Position numbers and translations under genes: made by a program. The notes beneath the pieces are model-generated. The model saw only the letters and a list, made by a program, of their open reading frames with translations. It was not told the origin of the DNA and searched no databases. From NCBI GenBank assembly GCA_043228905.1, contig JBHGNT010000006.1, positions 17,794,001-17,858,000 of the forward strand: a stretch of 64,000 bases of DNA, in the 5' to 3' direction. This DNA comes from Azolla caroliniana (lineage: Eukaryota > Plantae > Polypodiophyta). This document shows positions 1 through 13,128 of this stretch, piece by piece. Numbering within the stretch: position 1 is the stretch's first letter; each line of letters opens with the position of its first letter.

Positions 1-11
1 TATCACAGCGA

Positions 12-2302
12 TTGACCCCGGAGGAAGAAGAACGCTCTAAGATAGCGGAATTTGGCGTCACATTGGAGGGACCAGCAGCAAGATGGCGCCGGACGCAGGA
101 CCCGTCTACCATCAACACCTTTGCAGATTTAAAAGCTAAATTCTTGCATTTTTTTCAAAAGGAGGTGGACCAGACCGTAATGGTAGGCTTATTTTATACC
201 ATCCGGCAAGAGGCAGGGGAGAGCATTCCCCAATTTGTCATCCGCTTTCAACGGATGCATAGTCAGCTTGCCCGCGCACCCCCGGAGGAGGAATTACGGA
301 CTATATTCCTAAACGCGCTCCGGGAACCCCTACGCACGGTTTGCACGGTAATCGACTTCCCACAAGTACCATCGACCAGGTCATTGACCGGGTGAGAGAG
401 ATGGAAAAGACAAGCTCCTGGCTCACACTGGGAGCACTTCAACGGGCGTTACCGTCCGATGAAGACCTCCGGTTTCGGCAAGCAATATAGTGCACAACCT
501 GCTTGAATTCCGGACACTCGGCTCTAGAATGCACTATGAGGACGCAATGTGTAATCTGTCAATCCAAGAGCCATACGACGGATAGGTGCGAGTATAATCT
601 GTTGAATCAGCAAGCACCGCCCGTCCGACAAATTGAGCCACGCAGCAGCCGGGATGAAGAAGACGAACGCTGGCGGCGAATGGACCGTGACCGACCAGCA
701 CAGGATGTCCGGTATGGCGATCGACGGGAAAATGATGTCCGGTACCAGGATTACAATAGACGATACAAACATTACGACCGGGAGCACTCCCCCAGGTATC
801 ATCAGCAACAGGAGGAATACGGCAGATATAACGGGCAACCTCGTCAAGAGTACCGTAATAAGAAGAGCTATAACAAAAAACGAGGAGCTATAACGGGCAA
901 CCCCGGCTACCCTCGGGATCCGGAACAAGGAGCTCCAAGCAGCCAACCCGTACAAAACCTTGCTCGTACCGCAGGACCTGCCCTGGGTACAACAGACAAT
1001 GCCGAATCTAGCAATACCCGAAAGGCCTACTGCTACTACTGCCGATAGGAAGGCCATTATAGTAACCAATGCCCGGTGAAGAGCTATGAAAAACGACCAG
1101 CAGTAAATATGGTAGTCCCTGAGGTGGCAGATCTGCGGCAGGTGACCACAAGGTCGAAGGGCATGGCCAAAGAATGGGAGACACAGGAGACCATCCGGAA
1201 ACAAGCAACGGAATGGGTAAAGAAAGCAAACGAGCAGAATGTCACAGACTTACAGCGGCAAAAGGAGAACACCGCAGGGCTTGCTGGCGGTAGTCACTCC
1301 GAGAACGAGACATGGCAGGCGTTGCAAGAATGCTAGATTACGTTACCACTAGGAAGACTCCTACAACTCGTGCCAAGATTCACGGAAGGACTGAAGACGG
1401 CCATGACGGCAGGAGAACCATCACCGGCACCGGTACTCTTCTCGAATCCGGAGGAGGGACCAACGGTGGTGGACACCAGCAGTCCGGTAATCACGGCCAT
1501 TGTAAAAGGGAAAGAACTCCCCGGCACAGTTATAGATGGAGGCTCTGGGGTAAATGTAATAAGCCTCCGGACGTGTGATGACCTAGGAATCCACAAGTGG
1601 GAGCCGTGTCCGTTCTGGTTGCGGATGGCCGATACAAGCTCAGTGCGGCCGACAAGATTAATACGGAAATTAGAAGTCACCGTCAGCGGTCATACATTTC
1701 ACATCTCGGCCGTAGTGCTACAATTACAGGCATAAGGCGCATACCCGCTGTTGTTGGGGCGGCCATGGTTGAAAACGGCACATATCAAACAGAATTGGCG
1801 AAAAAATATAATTACCTTCCGGTGAGGAAAAGCCAAGGTACGGGTACCAACACAGCCAAGGACGAGCACTGGCAAGGAATGTACACCGTTGTATGAGGAA
1901 TGCGTCAACATGCTAGAAGGGTTAGCGGACGAAGAAGAAGCTCAGTACCTGCAGGAAAACCCGAAGATCATACCCCTCTTCGAAATTGACATTGCCGAAG
2001 CAGTAGCACCATACTTACCGCAACCGGAAGAGGCTGAAGCAGAACCGGATAAAGACGTAATCCGGGAGTTACGGCAAGCGCAGGAAGCGTTGGAATGGGA
2101 AATGGCCGTTTCACAGCGCGTGAAAGCGTCGCAACTGGAAGAGGTGAACCTAGGCACCACGGACGAAGCAAAACCGGTGCACATCGCCAAGGAGATGAAG
2201 TCCGAAGACAAAACGGCGATGATCACACTTCTCACGGAATTCCGCGATGTGTTCGCCTGGTCATACGAAGATATGCAAGGACTCAACCCTCAGTTATACT
2301 AG
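12..2302 (+). pseudogene. Disrupted gag (retrotransposon gag core plus three zinc knuckles) and aspartic protease of the Gypsy element
   Basis: Gag-like 'LEGPAARW...TFADLKAKF...IRQEAGESIPQFVIRF'. Knuckles CTTC..GH...C, CVIC..SH...C and CYYC..GH...C. Protease 'VIDGGSGVNVI'. Several premature stops and a frameshift. Confidence 0.85.
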
Positions 2303-2308
2303 CATCAG

Positions 2309-5062
2309 GTGCACTTGAGCAAGGACGCAAAACCAGTGGCACAAAGACGGTACCGGATGAATCCCAATTATGCCACCAAAGTCAAGGAGGAAATCGACAA
2401 ACTGCTAAGAGTTGGCTTTATCCGTCCGGTAAAGAAAGCGACATGGCTGAGCCCGATCGTAGTTGTACCGAAGAAGAACAGAAAAATTCGAGTTTGCGTG
2501 GACTACCGGAAACTCAATGCGGCTACGGTAACGGATGCGTTTCCACTTCCGTTCACAGATGGAGTGTTGGATGCCGTCACTGGCCATGAGGTCTATAGCT
2601 TCCTAGACAGATTCAGTGGGTATAATCAGATCCGGATGCACCCCGACGACCAAGAGAAAACGGCATTCGTCACCGAATGGGGGGTGTTTGTGGCCGTAGT
2701 GATGATGTTCGGACTCAAAACGGCACCAGCAACATTTCAACGAATCATCATGGAAATCTTTAGTGAATATATACCGGCTTTCATGCAGGTTTTCCTTGAC
2801 GATTTCGCCGTCTATAGCCGGGAGGAGGACCATTTTCAGCACCTCCGTCTTTGTCTAGAAAAGTGTAGAGCGTACCGGCTAAGCTTGAAGCCGGCAAAGT
2901 GTGTATTTGGCGTGTCCAGTGGAACTTTATTAGGACATATTGTGAGCCAAGAAGGTATTGCAGTCGACCCGGACAAAGTGAAAGCCATATTAGAAGCATC
3001 AGCGCCGGTAACGGCAAAGGCATTAAGCCGGTTCTTAGGCCAGATCCAGTGGCACATCCAGATGCTCCGATACTTGGCCGACCTGGCTACACCGTTGCAT
3101 GCCGCCGTACATCGGACACCATTCCAGTGGACTGACACTGAGGATAGGGCGTATAGGGCCCTCAAAGTACTATTGTCGCAAGCACCGGTAGTACAACCTC
3201 CGGATTGGAGTAAAGAATTTCACATGTTCGTGGACGCCTCCGACATCGCAATCAGAAGCGTACTAATGCAGCTTACGGAACCAAAGTGGTACCGGCCAGT
3301 GTACTATGCCAGCCAGAAGCTATCCCAAGCAGAACGGAACTACTCTACTATGGAATGGGAAGCTCTAGGGATGACCTACAGTGTGACAAAGTTTCGGCAT
3401 TACTTATTGGGAAGGAAGTTTTCCTTCCATGTAGATCATTCGGCACTCCTTTACCTAGTGTCCACAGCGTCACTCACCGGCAAATTGGCCCGGTGGACCT
3501 TACTGTTACAGGAGTTCAAGTTTGAAATATTCCACCGACCCGGTATACAGCATGCCGTGGCGGATTACTTAAGCCGATTAGAGTCCGGAGAGACGGGTGA
3601 CGGAGTAGCGGATGAGTTTCCGGATGCGGAGCTGTTTCGAGTCACTACAGAGACAACAGCAGATGAGACGGTGGCACAGGAAGACAAATGGCTGACAAAT
3701 ATGCACCAGTTTCTGAGCACAGGAATGCCTCCGGAAGAGATGAACCGGGACGAACGGAAATGCCTGGCGGTGCAAAGCCGACATTTCTGCGTACTGCAAG
3801 ACATATTGTACCACAAGGGCGCGGATGGCATATGGAGACGGGCGGTGCGCAGCGATGAAAAGGAACTGATACTAAGGGAAGCCCACTGCGGAGTTGTCGT
3901 CGGTCACTATGCCGGAGATGCGACGGCCAGAAAAATATGGCAAAGTGGCCTATGGTGGCCAACGACATTAAGAGATGTGGTACGGTACGCAAAAGAATGT
4001 GACCTATGCCAGAGACTGGGCCAGCCAACGGAGCAGGCTCGTATGCCACACCATCCGGTACTACCACTCGAGCCATTCCAAAAGTGGGGGTTGGACTTTG
4101 TAGGACCCTTCAAGCCACCGACAATGAGAACGGGTAATCGGTACATCATCGTTGCTACGGATTATTGCACGAAATGGGTGGAGGCCAAAGCTTTACGAGA
4201 TAACACCGTTGCGTCAACGGCGAAGTTTCTATATGAGTACATCTGGTGCCGTTACGAATGCCCAATTGAATTAATAAGTGACCAAGGGGGGCACTTTCTC
4301 GGCCAAGTTGTGGAAAGCCTGACGACATTCTATGCCGTTGTCCACAAACGAAGCACACCTTACTATCCACAGGCGAACGGTTTAGCGGAATCAACAAACA
4401 AGACGCTCCAGAATATCCTCCGGAAGATCGTCAACGAAAACCGGACAGATTGGGACACAAAGCTACATAGCGCGCTTTGGGCATACCGGACAGCATACAA
4501 AAGGAGCATCCGAACAACACCGTTCCGGTTAGCGTTCGGACTAGAGGCAGTCATGCCGGTAGAATTCCAAGTACCTAGCTTACGGATCCAGCTACGGGAA
4601 AGGCTGAACGAGAAGGAGTCGGAGGCAATAAGGTTGACAGCGTTGTGTGAGCTCGAAGAACAACGATTGGCCAGCATCCTACATTTAGAATTGGAGCAAC
4701 GCAGACGGAAAGCATTTGTCGACCGACACAGGAAAGGTAACGAAAAAATGTTCGCAAACGGCAAACCGGTGTTAGTATTCCAAACCCGGATGGGCAAGAT
4801 GCCGGGTAAACTACGGTTTAGATGGACCGGACCGTATTGGCTAACACGGGAGTATAATGGGTCCTACCAGTTAGGGACACTTGCCGGCGAAGTGCTAGGC
4901 AAATGGGTCAGCGGATTCCGGTTGAAGGCATATAGAGGAATGATGCCTAAGAACCCATTTGAGCAAAGGACCGACACCAGTGAGGGAAACGGCAACCACC
5001 AAGATGGCAGAGAAGGCGAGCTGGTAACTGGGGAGAATGAGGCCGGTAAGGGTCTGAGATAA
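2309..5062 (+). CDS. Gypsy pol: reverse transcriptase, RNase H and integrase (open for 917 codons)
   Basis: RT 'RVCVDYRKLN', 'MMFGLKTAPATFQ', 'FLDDF'. RH 'FVDASD', 'DHSAL', 'ADYLSR'. INT HHCC, 'WGLDFVGP', 'SDQG', 'YPQANGLAE' and 'WTGPY'. Confidence 0.93.
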   Translation: MHLSKDAKPVAQRRYRMNPNYATKVKEEIDKLLRVGFIRPVKKATWLSPIVVVPKKNRKIRVCVDYRKLNAATVTDAFPLPFTDGVLDAVTGHEVYSFLDRFSGYNQIRMHPDDQEKTAFVTEWGVFVAVVMMFGLKTAPATFQRIIMEIFSEYIPAFMQVFLDDFAVYSREEDHFQHLRLCLEKCRAYRLSLKPAKCVFGVSSGTLLGHIVSQEGIAVDPDKVKAILEASAPVTAKALSRFLGQIQWHIQMLRYLADLATPLHAAVHRTPFQWTDTEDRAYRALKVLLSQAPVVQPPDWSKEFHMFVDASDIAIRSVLMQLTEPKWYRPVYYASQKLSQAERNYSTMEWEALGMTYSVTKFRHYLLGRKFSFHVDHSALLYLVSTASLTGKLARWTLLLQEFKFEIFHRPGIQHAVADYLSRLESGETGDGVADEFPDAELFRVTTETTADETVAQEDKWLTNMHQFLSTGMPPEEMNRDERKCLAVQSRHFCVLQDILYHKGADGIWRRAVRSDEKELILREAHCGVVVGHYAGDATARKIWQSGLWWPTTLRDVVRYAKECDLCQRLGQPTEQARMPHHPVLPLEPFQKWGLDFVGPFKPPTMRTGNRYIIVATDYCTKWVEAKALRDNTVASTAKFLYEYIWCRYECPIELISDQGGHFLGQVVESLTTFYAVVHKRSTPYYPQANGLAESTNKTLQNILRKIVNENRTDWDTKLHSALWAYRTAYKRSIRTTPFRLAFGLEAVMPVEFQVPSLRIQLRERLNEKESEAIRLTALCELEEQRLASILHLELEQRRRKAFVDRHRKGNEKMFANGKPVLVFQTRMGKMPGKLRFRWTGPYWLTREYNGSYQLGTLAGEVLGKWVSGFRLKAYRGMMPKNPFEQRTDTSEGNGNHQDGREGELVTGENEAGKGLR

Positions 5063-5479
5063 CCAATGGACATGTGACGTCACACTAATAATAATAATAA
5101 CTAAAAATAAAAAAAATAAAAAATAAAAAAAATAAAAAATAATAAAAACAATCATGCAAAAGCGAGGAATGAATGGGTGAAAGAGCGAGGAGCGAAAAGG
5201 TACGTAGTGGGCATTTAAAGCGCCACCACAGGACATAATGCTATTTTAGTACACGACATGCACACACTCGAAAAAGGCGCCAAAATGCACAGACAAAAAC
5301 CACTGCGCATAGAGACCCTCTACTTTCGCGAACCCAGGAGCACAGAAGCACCAAGACGCTGCAAGATCATCAGACGAGAACCTGCGCACAGAGAACCCCC
5401 GCCTTCTAAACTCTCTCTTTCTCAACCTCACTCTCATCACCATCCAACCTCGCCATCGCCATCCGACCTCGACACAGAC

Positions 5480-8254
5480 ATGGACCCGCAAACGTTGTCG
5501 GAAGCCGCCAAGACATGGCTAAAGCAACACGGGCTCGAGGGCTTCTTGATGATGATGGAAGTACCGCCACACAAAGAAGCCGACAAAGTGATCAAGGAAA
5601 TCGATACAGAGGTCATAACGGCAGAGGCGATTCGAGCGTTAACAGGCCTTCCGGAGGGAGGCATAATCACGATCGACAATCCAACCCCGGAGCAACTCAT
5701 CAGGTATTTTGGTGAGTACTCTCTAGCCAGCAAGGGCTACCGGACACAGGGCGGCGGAGATATGTTGTTCCGCGAAATTGCTCGTGTGCTCCATGAATAC
5801 GGCCACGTGTACCCTAGACCCCCTGTCATGCCGCAGAACCGGGCAGGGATGATCATCGCCACCTATGAAGGGATCAAGGTGGATTGGCCGGTATTAATCG
5901 CAGACGGGTTGTGTGCGGCGATCGAGATCGTCAGAGGCAAAGACGGCAAAGAAGGCCGAGACGGACGGAGGATATGGCACGCCGTAACGCAGTGGCTCAC
6001 CTTGCTTGTGCCACCCGTCCAGCCCCTTCAGTCCAAGAAGCGAGGAAGAGTGGCGGACGGCACCCCAAGGACGGCTTCCAAACGGCAACAGCTATTGGCC
6101 TCTAAGGCCACTAAGGGAAAGGCGGCGGATGCAGAACAGGCGGCAGCAGGAAGCGACAGCCGGAAGCGCCCAACGGAGGCGCAGGAGGAACCATCGGCAC
6201 GGCCCGTAAAGGTCACACTCCGCAGACCGGTGAATCGAGAAGCGGACCCCTTGGCGGCAAAACTCAATGCCGGAGCTCAGGAGGATGAAATAGAGGAGGA
6301 GCCTACGGAGCACCTCCAGCGACGGTCGTCAGCAAGGACCGTTGAGGCAGCCGGGAAACATTCGGACCCTCAGACAGAGGGAACACCGGCTCCCCATACT
6401 GAGACTCCCACGCCAAGGAAGGAACCGGAACCGGTGCATATGGCACCAAAAATAGAAGCCCCGGCACCACCGGCAACACCGGCAAGTCCCATCCCGCCAG
6501 AGCCGAAAAGGTCAATGCAGCCTCCCTCGGTCAGCCAAGAAGAAACGCAAGGGGAATCAGGACAGCAGGGTGGTCCACAGGCAGAAACGGAACTGCAACT
6601 CGGCGCAACCAGGCGGGACCACCCATCTACAAGTGAGCCCATCTATCAAACCTCCGTGCAAGCACAACAAGGCACCGGTAGCCTGTGGCTCCGGTGGATA
6701 GGCGAACAGATAGTCGGAGCAGTGGGGTATATTGAGGCGGAAGAAAGAGCGCAAAGCGAACGGTTGCTCGTCACAACCGAACAACTAGAGACGGCCCGGT
6801 CCAGAATCCGGTGCCTTGAAAAAGACTTGGATCAGGTCACAACAGAGATGGCCAAAATGGCCTTAACGGCAACACGAATCCAATCACCTGTGACTCCGGT
6901 AAGTGTACAGAATAAAGAAATGGAACGACCTGTACAAAGCAATAAGACCCCGACAACGGAAACCGTTCAGGCGAGAGATGCGGCGCAAGCTTAGGAGCTT
7001 GCGGAATTGAGAGATGAACTTGCCGCACAAGAAGCGCTAAGGAGCCGTGAACGAGAATTGAAGACGGCGGCCGAAGCCGAATTAAAGAAGACTGCTAAGA
7101 ACCTCCGCCGGGCAGAGGAGAGCCTCCGGAAAGGCCATCAAGCGTACGACCGGCTAAAGGAGGAGAAAGACAAAGTGCTGCAGGAAAAGGACAAGCTGCG
7201 GAAAACGGCGGAAACAGAGATTGAACGGCTAAAGGAAGAGCTCCGCCAGCAGAAGGACCGCGAGGACCGGGTTCGTCGTCAGATCAACGCACGGCTCAAG
7301 CAAAAGACGGATGATTTTGAGCACCTGCACTGGGACTACAAACGGCTGGAAACGGAGCATAAAGAACGGATGGCCGAGCTCCAGCAGGCAGTTGATCGGG
7401 CCGCGACGGCGATCGCCGAAGAACGAGCGGAAAATACAAGACGCTTGGATGAGGCGGAGAAGGTCCGGATGGAGCTCCAGAGGCAGCAGCAGGAAGACAA
7501 AGAGAGAGCGTCAATAGTATTGCAGAAATTACAAAGCACATATCAAAGGCAATTGACGCATTACAAGGCGCAGGCGGAGGACAACATCAAAATCATCAAA
7601 CAACTGAAGGAGGAATGGCAAGCGGCGGAAACCAAATCGCAATTGGGAACAAGCCGGATTCAGTCCATCCTCCGGGCATGGCTGAATCAGACAAAACACT
7701 TGATTGATGAAAGCTCCGTAAAATGGTGGACAAAGTGGGCACAAAACGCGGCGGAACTCCAGTTGCTACAGGCAGATGTGGCAAACAGGTGGAAGGAAGG
7801 AGATGATTGTTATACGTTGACTTCCGAGGACTTCACCGCCATACGGGACGAGCTGGCCGACGACTTCCAAGTCCTGGCAGATGAACAGCTGGCGCAAGTC
7901 AAGCAGCTCGTAGCTCAGCTAGACGATGATAGGTTGGACGCTCAAATCCAGTTTGAAAGCTACGAGTGGTCCCGGGTTCGGGAAGAAAAAGCACGGGAAG
8001 CGGCAACGGTTAACCTTAATGATGAGGAACCGTCGCCGGCTGAGGACCAGCCGGGAACCAGTCAACCGGAGACCACTACAACGCAGGGAGCAACGACGGA
8101 GACGCCGGTGTCAGAGCCACAAACGGAGGAGCAGCCGCAGCAACCACCAACGGACCCACCGCAGCAGACATCAACAAAGCAGCAACAACCACTTCCAGAT
8201 GAAGCATTGGAGCCTCTCGAACAAAGCATTCTGAACATTTTGGACGAAGAATAG
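5480..8254 (+). pseudogene. Extra 3' ORF of the Gypsy element (about 920 codons): globular N-terminal domain, P/E/A-rich linker, long coiled coil; one internal TAG
   Basis: ORFs 5258-6994 and 7007-8254 are in the same frame, separated only by TAG at 6992-6994 (GCT TAG GAG, probably CAG>TAG). The ATG at 5480 (MDPQTL) is the likely start. The C-terminal half is E/K/R/Q heptad-rich. Confidence 0.8.
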
Positions 8255-8308
8255 CAAGGGTCGGTTGTGGATTCGACGTACAAGGTACTGTCCCACGGGC
8301 GTGCCATG

Positions 8309-8744
8309 TGTTACCGGCCGGCAAAGGAGTCCAGAGTGGGAAACCGAGAGTTCATTAAGTAATAGGAATGTGGTTGTAATTAAGTTATGAGTGTGGACGG
8401 GCGGACCGGAAACGGTATGCCGTTCCAGATCCGGACCGATCCCGAACAGGTGTGGATGGCACCGTTTTGTAATACAGACCGGAAACCTATTTAAAGGCCC
8501 GGATACAATGTAATAGTTAGCGGTTAATTAATGAAAGCTTAAGTGTTGTTATCTCTCTATGTTAATTGTCATTCTGTCTTAATTGTTATATCTTACGCGT
8601 GTGTTATGAAAGACGATCCTCATAAGTAACTTAATTAAGTCGGATTAAGCGTTGAAGTCTAATCCGGTTGCCATAACACCCTTTGGTGAAGTGTCTCCCG
8701 TAGACACCCTGTGTTAGGCCATTGTCCGGCCCGAAGAGTTAACA
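8309..8744 (+). repeat. 3' LTR of the Gypsy element
   Basis: Inverted termini TGTTACCGG...GAGTTAACA. TATA-like CCTATTTAAAGG near 8486. Starts 55 bp after the extra ORF stop. The partner LTR is not in the window. Confidence 0.7.
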
Positions 8745-8860
8745 GGTACCGCCATCAATTTCCAACCTTTCCAATCTTTCCACTTCCACTCGGTCGGCCA
8801 CTTTGGTAACCCACTTCCTAAGCCACTCTAGCCATTGTCGGTAGGTCCATCCTCACGATA
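8745..8860. repeat. Terminal fragment of another LTR (…CCTCACGATA, cf. …CACGACA), inserted in the Copia A integrase and itself interrupted by the Gypsy element
   Basis: The Copia A integrase frame (ADNGGEY*GQFEEY) stops at 8861. The adjoining sequence ends like the TGTCGTG/CACGACA LTR group. Confidence 0.5.
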
Positions 8861-9136
8861 ATATTCCTCAAATTGTCCCTAATATTCACCGCCGTTATCG
8901 GCACAGATACATTTCAGCTTTCTTCCAGTTTCTCTTTCCACACTTACATGAAAGTTCCTAAAGATTTCAAACACTTGATCTTTAGTCTTTAATGCAAAGC
9001 ACCACAACTTCCTCGAGACGTCATCGATAAATGTGACAACAAAGTACAGTGCTCCCCCAAGAGTTCTATCTTTCATATAGCACAAGTCCGTGTGCACCAA
9101 TTCCAATGGCTGAAATTTTCTTTTGGGGGGCAGATG

Positions 9137-9738
9137 TGTTGGGAGACAGGTCCCTCCGGATGGGTTGGGAGAAGAACAGTGCCGACGAACAAACTCGGCC
9201 GAGGCCGGCAGGCCCGGTGTGAACCGGATGAGGAGTACCCGGCTACGGAGAGCCGGATGATGCACACCCGGTACGAACTGGAGGAAGAGACATATTCGTA
9301 AATATGTTTTTGAGAGCCCATCGAGGCTACATTTGTAAATAGCCGAAAAGTCATATTAGTATAAATATGACTTAGGGCAAACCTTTAAGGAGGTTGTTGT
9401 CATTTTTCTGTTTTGTATGAGATCAGTGTGCGTAACTGTATAGAGAGAGAGAGAGAGAGAGAAAGAGGTCGTTGCCTCTGTTGTAACCGCCGCCTGTGGC
9501 GAAGATTTGTGAGCACGAGGTCGGTGCCTCAGTGAACTCACTGTTGTATATTCCTACATAGCGACAGTTTGCAGCCTGTGGGCTGCCGTGGTTTTTCCCC
9601 TAGTTTGGGGTTTTCCACGTAAACCTCCTGTGTATTCTCTCCTTCTTTGTGTCGCGTTGTATTTCCCGTTTTTCTGTGTATCATTCTAAGCTCGGTTGTG
9701 GCTGAGCCTTGCGCATAAGGAACGTTGGGTTTCCGTCA
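9137..9738 (+). repeat. Solo LTR of the Copia C family
   Basis: TGTTGGGAGAC...CCGTCA with a perfect 5-bp TSD AGATG (9132-9136 and 9739-9743). Collinear with the LTR at 32401-33072. Confidence 0.93.
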
Positions 9739-10363
9739 AGATGTTGAAAGGAAACTCTGTGTTGTTTGCCAACCAAGCAATCAACACAAGTTTCCAAGTG
9801 CATATCTTTTATGTTCGGGAGGATGTTCTTCCTTGCTAGAACATCGAGTCCCTTTTGACTCATGTGCCCAAGTCTCTTATGTTATAGCTCAATCGAGGCA
9901 TCCTTGTTGGCTACATTTACCTCTCCGTCAGACACCACAACATGAAGTACACAGAGGGAATTCTGTTTTAGACATTTTGCTAATACTAGTGAGCCTCTGA
10001 TGAGCTTTCATTTTCCTTCACCAAAGGAATTTGTGAAACCCTCATCATCAAGCTTATTGGCTGAAATATGTTGAGTGACAAGATCAACATTGGGTGCGTA
10101 ACACAATCTGTAACCCAGTGCGTAGACTGGATGCGTAAAACAATACGCATAACGTGGACGTATCGGTGCGTAAACCGAAAGGCCGTTAGTATGGTATTCC
10201 TCGTAAGGAATAATTTTGGGAGTTAGTGTAGTAGGCTCATTTATGAGCAGTCAAGTATTGTCAGTACTTGTGTTAGCCCGATAGTCAGGGCTTGTATAAA
10301 AGGTGCTCACTGAGCATGAAGTGTGTATAGAGTGTCACTATTTTTTGAAATAGAATTGAGTTG

Positions 10364-10420
<57 letters not shown>

Positions 10421-13128
10421 CCTCTCCATCTCTATCTCTGGGTTTTTTGTGTTTTACCAAACTGTCATTCTCCAAACTATGTACTCTGTGTTTCACATAC
10501 GCTTCCGCACACGTATTCTTTTACATGGTATCAAAGTGCGAGGGTTGAAGTCCTTTGCTGCCGATAGAAAAGCTTGCGATGGTGACATAGTTGAGTTGTT
10601 ATTCTTGGTTTTCAGAAAAGATAAGATAGCAACATGGACAAAGGAATGGGAAGCTCGCTACCGATTGAGAAGCTCGACGAGAGTAACTACGTATCTTGGT
10701 CGTACAAGATGCACCAGTACCTGTTCGGTCATGGCTACTGGAGTTATGTCGAAGGAGATAATGATACAATACCCGAATCGACACATAGGGATTTTTCGGC
10801 TTGGGAACAGGCGGCAAGTATAGTTCTCTACTGCTTTGCGTCTTGTGTGAGCGACTAGCTATTGAGCTATATTCGGGATGCCAAGACGCCAAAGGATGCG
10901 TGGGTGAATCTCAAGAAGAATTTTGTCGCTAGCACCACAGCCAGGAAGCTTCAACTTAGGCAGGAGTTAAGCAATGTTCGACAACGAGATATGTCGGTGG
11001 CTGATTACACCTCCAAACTCAAAGAAATCTGTGACTCTCTCGCCTCCGTCAACGTGAACGTCAAGGAAGATGAGATGGTGCAGGTTTGTCTTGGTGGGTT
11101 AGCGTCAAAGTTCGGGGCATTCTGTACAAGGGAGAATATGCCTATGTTCTTTGAGCTTCAGTCAATGTTGCTCGTGGAGGAAAATCATGCGGGTGCGTCG
11201 ACAAGTTCGCATGTTGACAGCAAGATGTTGTACATAGAGGAAGATAGGCCCCGTGTTCGTGGTGGACGAAGCGGATCAGCGCGTAATGAAGGCGGCCAAA
11301 AAGAGCAGAATGTACGGCATAATCCAAATGCCTGAAGCAATTCCGAACCCTCCGGAAGCAGGGGGAGTCATAGCGGCGCCGGAAGCTGGCGAGAGAAGGC
11401 CGCGACAGAATGCTAGTATTCTGGCAAGAAAGGCCACAAGGAGAGTGAGTGTTGGATAAAGAAAGCCGACTCAGATAAAGCCAGATCAAACGGGAGAAAC
11501 GCAGGAAGGCGTCAAAAGTCACACTACACTGAGGGCTCCGAACGAGCCGGAAATGGATCGGGCCCTGCCTTTGTAATGAAGGACAAGGCCAATTCGATGG
11601 CCATGAACACCTCAAAATCGAGCGAGGTGTGGTATGTTGATTCCGGAGCGTCAAATCATATGACAAGTCACGAGCAATGGTTCTCGTACTTGGAGAGGCT
11701 GGAAAAACAAGGAGTGGTCGAAACCGGAGACGACACTCCGCATACCATCGAACATGTCGGTGAAGTTCCCCTCAGCCACGTCGGGTAGAAAGGGAAGCTC
11801 ATGAACGTGTTGCACATCCCGACAATAACCACGAACCTTGTGTCGGTCGGACAAATCGTCGACCAAGGTATGCAAGTTCGATTCACGCATCTCGGTTGCT
11901 TCATAGAAGAGGAAGGTAAGATAATTGCGTAAGGGTATCGTGAAGGGAGGATGTTTATCCTCGAAACCAACAATGTGGGCACCACTATGTTTGCAAAAGG
12001 GCAGAAGGTTGAGTCGAACATCGACCTGTGGCATAAGCAGTTTGGCCATATTAACTTCCCGCGGCTTCGCGAAATGAAAACGAAGAACATTGTGTTCGGC
12101 TTGCCAAAATTTCGAGGCTGGAATGGCCAAGTCTGTGAAGCCTGTCAGATGGGAAAACAACACCGACTTCCATTTCCCAACGAGCGTAATCGTAGTCAAA
12201 ATCCTTTGGATTTGATTCATTCGGATGTGTGGGGTCCAACACAGAACGTGAGTTTCAGTGGAAGCCGTTACTTTGTAACCTTCATCGACGACTTCACTCA
12301 GCACACATGGGTATGCACGATCGCGAAGAAGAGCGAAGTCTTCGCATGTTTCCTGAAGGTGAAGAGCCTTGTGGAAAGGGAAACATGGCGTAGTATCAAA
12401 TGCCTACAGGCTGATGGGGGGAAGAAGTACTTCTCCGACCAATTCACAAGTTATCTACAGAAGGAGGGAATTCGACGCGAATTCTCGTGTAGATACACGT
12501 CGCAGCAGAACGGCGTGGCCGAGCGGAAGAATCAGACAATCGAAGAAGCGGCCAGGGCAATGCTTGAAGAGAATCATATGCCAAAATTCTATTGGCTGAA
12601 GCCGTGAGGACGGCTGTCTACCTGTAGAATCGGACTTCTGCTAATGGAGGAGCATCGCCACATGAATTGAATTTCGAGAAGCCGAACTTGGCACACTTGA
12701 GGATTTTCGGTAGCATTGCATATGTGCATGTGCCGACGGAAAAGAGGAGATAGATGGACGCCAAAGGCGAAAAGTGCATCTTAGTCGGCTATCCAAATGA
12801 GCAGAAGGGGTATAAGTGTTATCACCCCCGAACAAAGGAAGTGTGCGTAAGTCGAGATGTCGTGTTCGACGAGTCCGCTTCGTGGTACTTCCCTTCCCCT
12901 CCAATACCTCATGACTCCATTCCGAATTCTGAAGAAGAAGTCAGCGAGGTTGAGATGCCTCCACATGATGAGGAAATTGGAGCTCTAAGAGAGAGAGTCT
13001 GATCTCATTTCGGCTAAGTGGGCCGAATGAAGGGTTGAGCCGAAATGACCAACCTATTGAAGAGACGGTGAGTAGTGGAGACTCAGTCGTGATGTCCCCG
13101 CGTAAAGAACCGAGGAGACGGTTTACAC

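Larger units (their letters stand above)
1..8744 (+). mobile_element. Ty3/Gypsy LTR retrotransposon (non-chromovirus, Athila/Phygy/Selgy-like), 5' end outside the window; gag-PR-RT-RH-INT, extra ORF, 3' LTR
   Basis: Domain order gag, PR, RT, RH, INT is Gypsy-type. There is no chromodomain, and a long sense ORF follows pol. The 3' LTR is bounded by TGTTA...TAACA. Confidence 0.92.

Noticed and set aside
6992-6994. Programmed stop-codon readthrough in the extra ORF
   Set aside because: The context TAG GAG CTT is not a known readthrough signal such as CARYYA, and many similar CAG>TAG stops occur throughout these TEs. Deamination is the simpler explanation.
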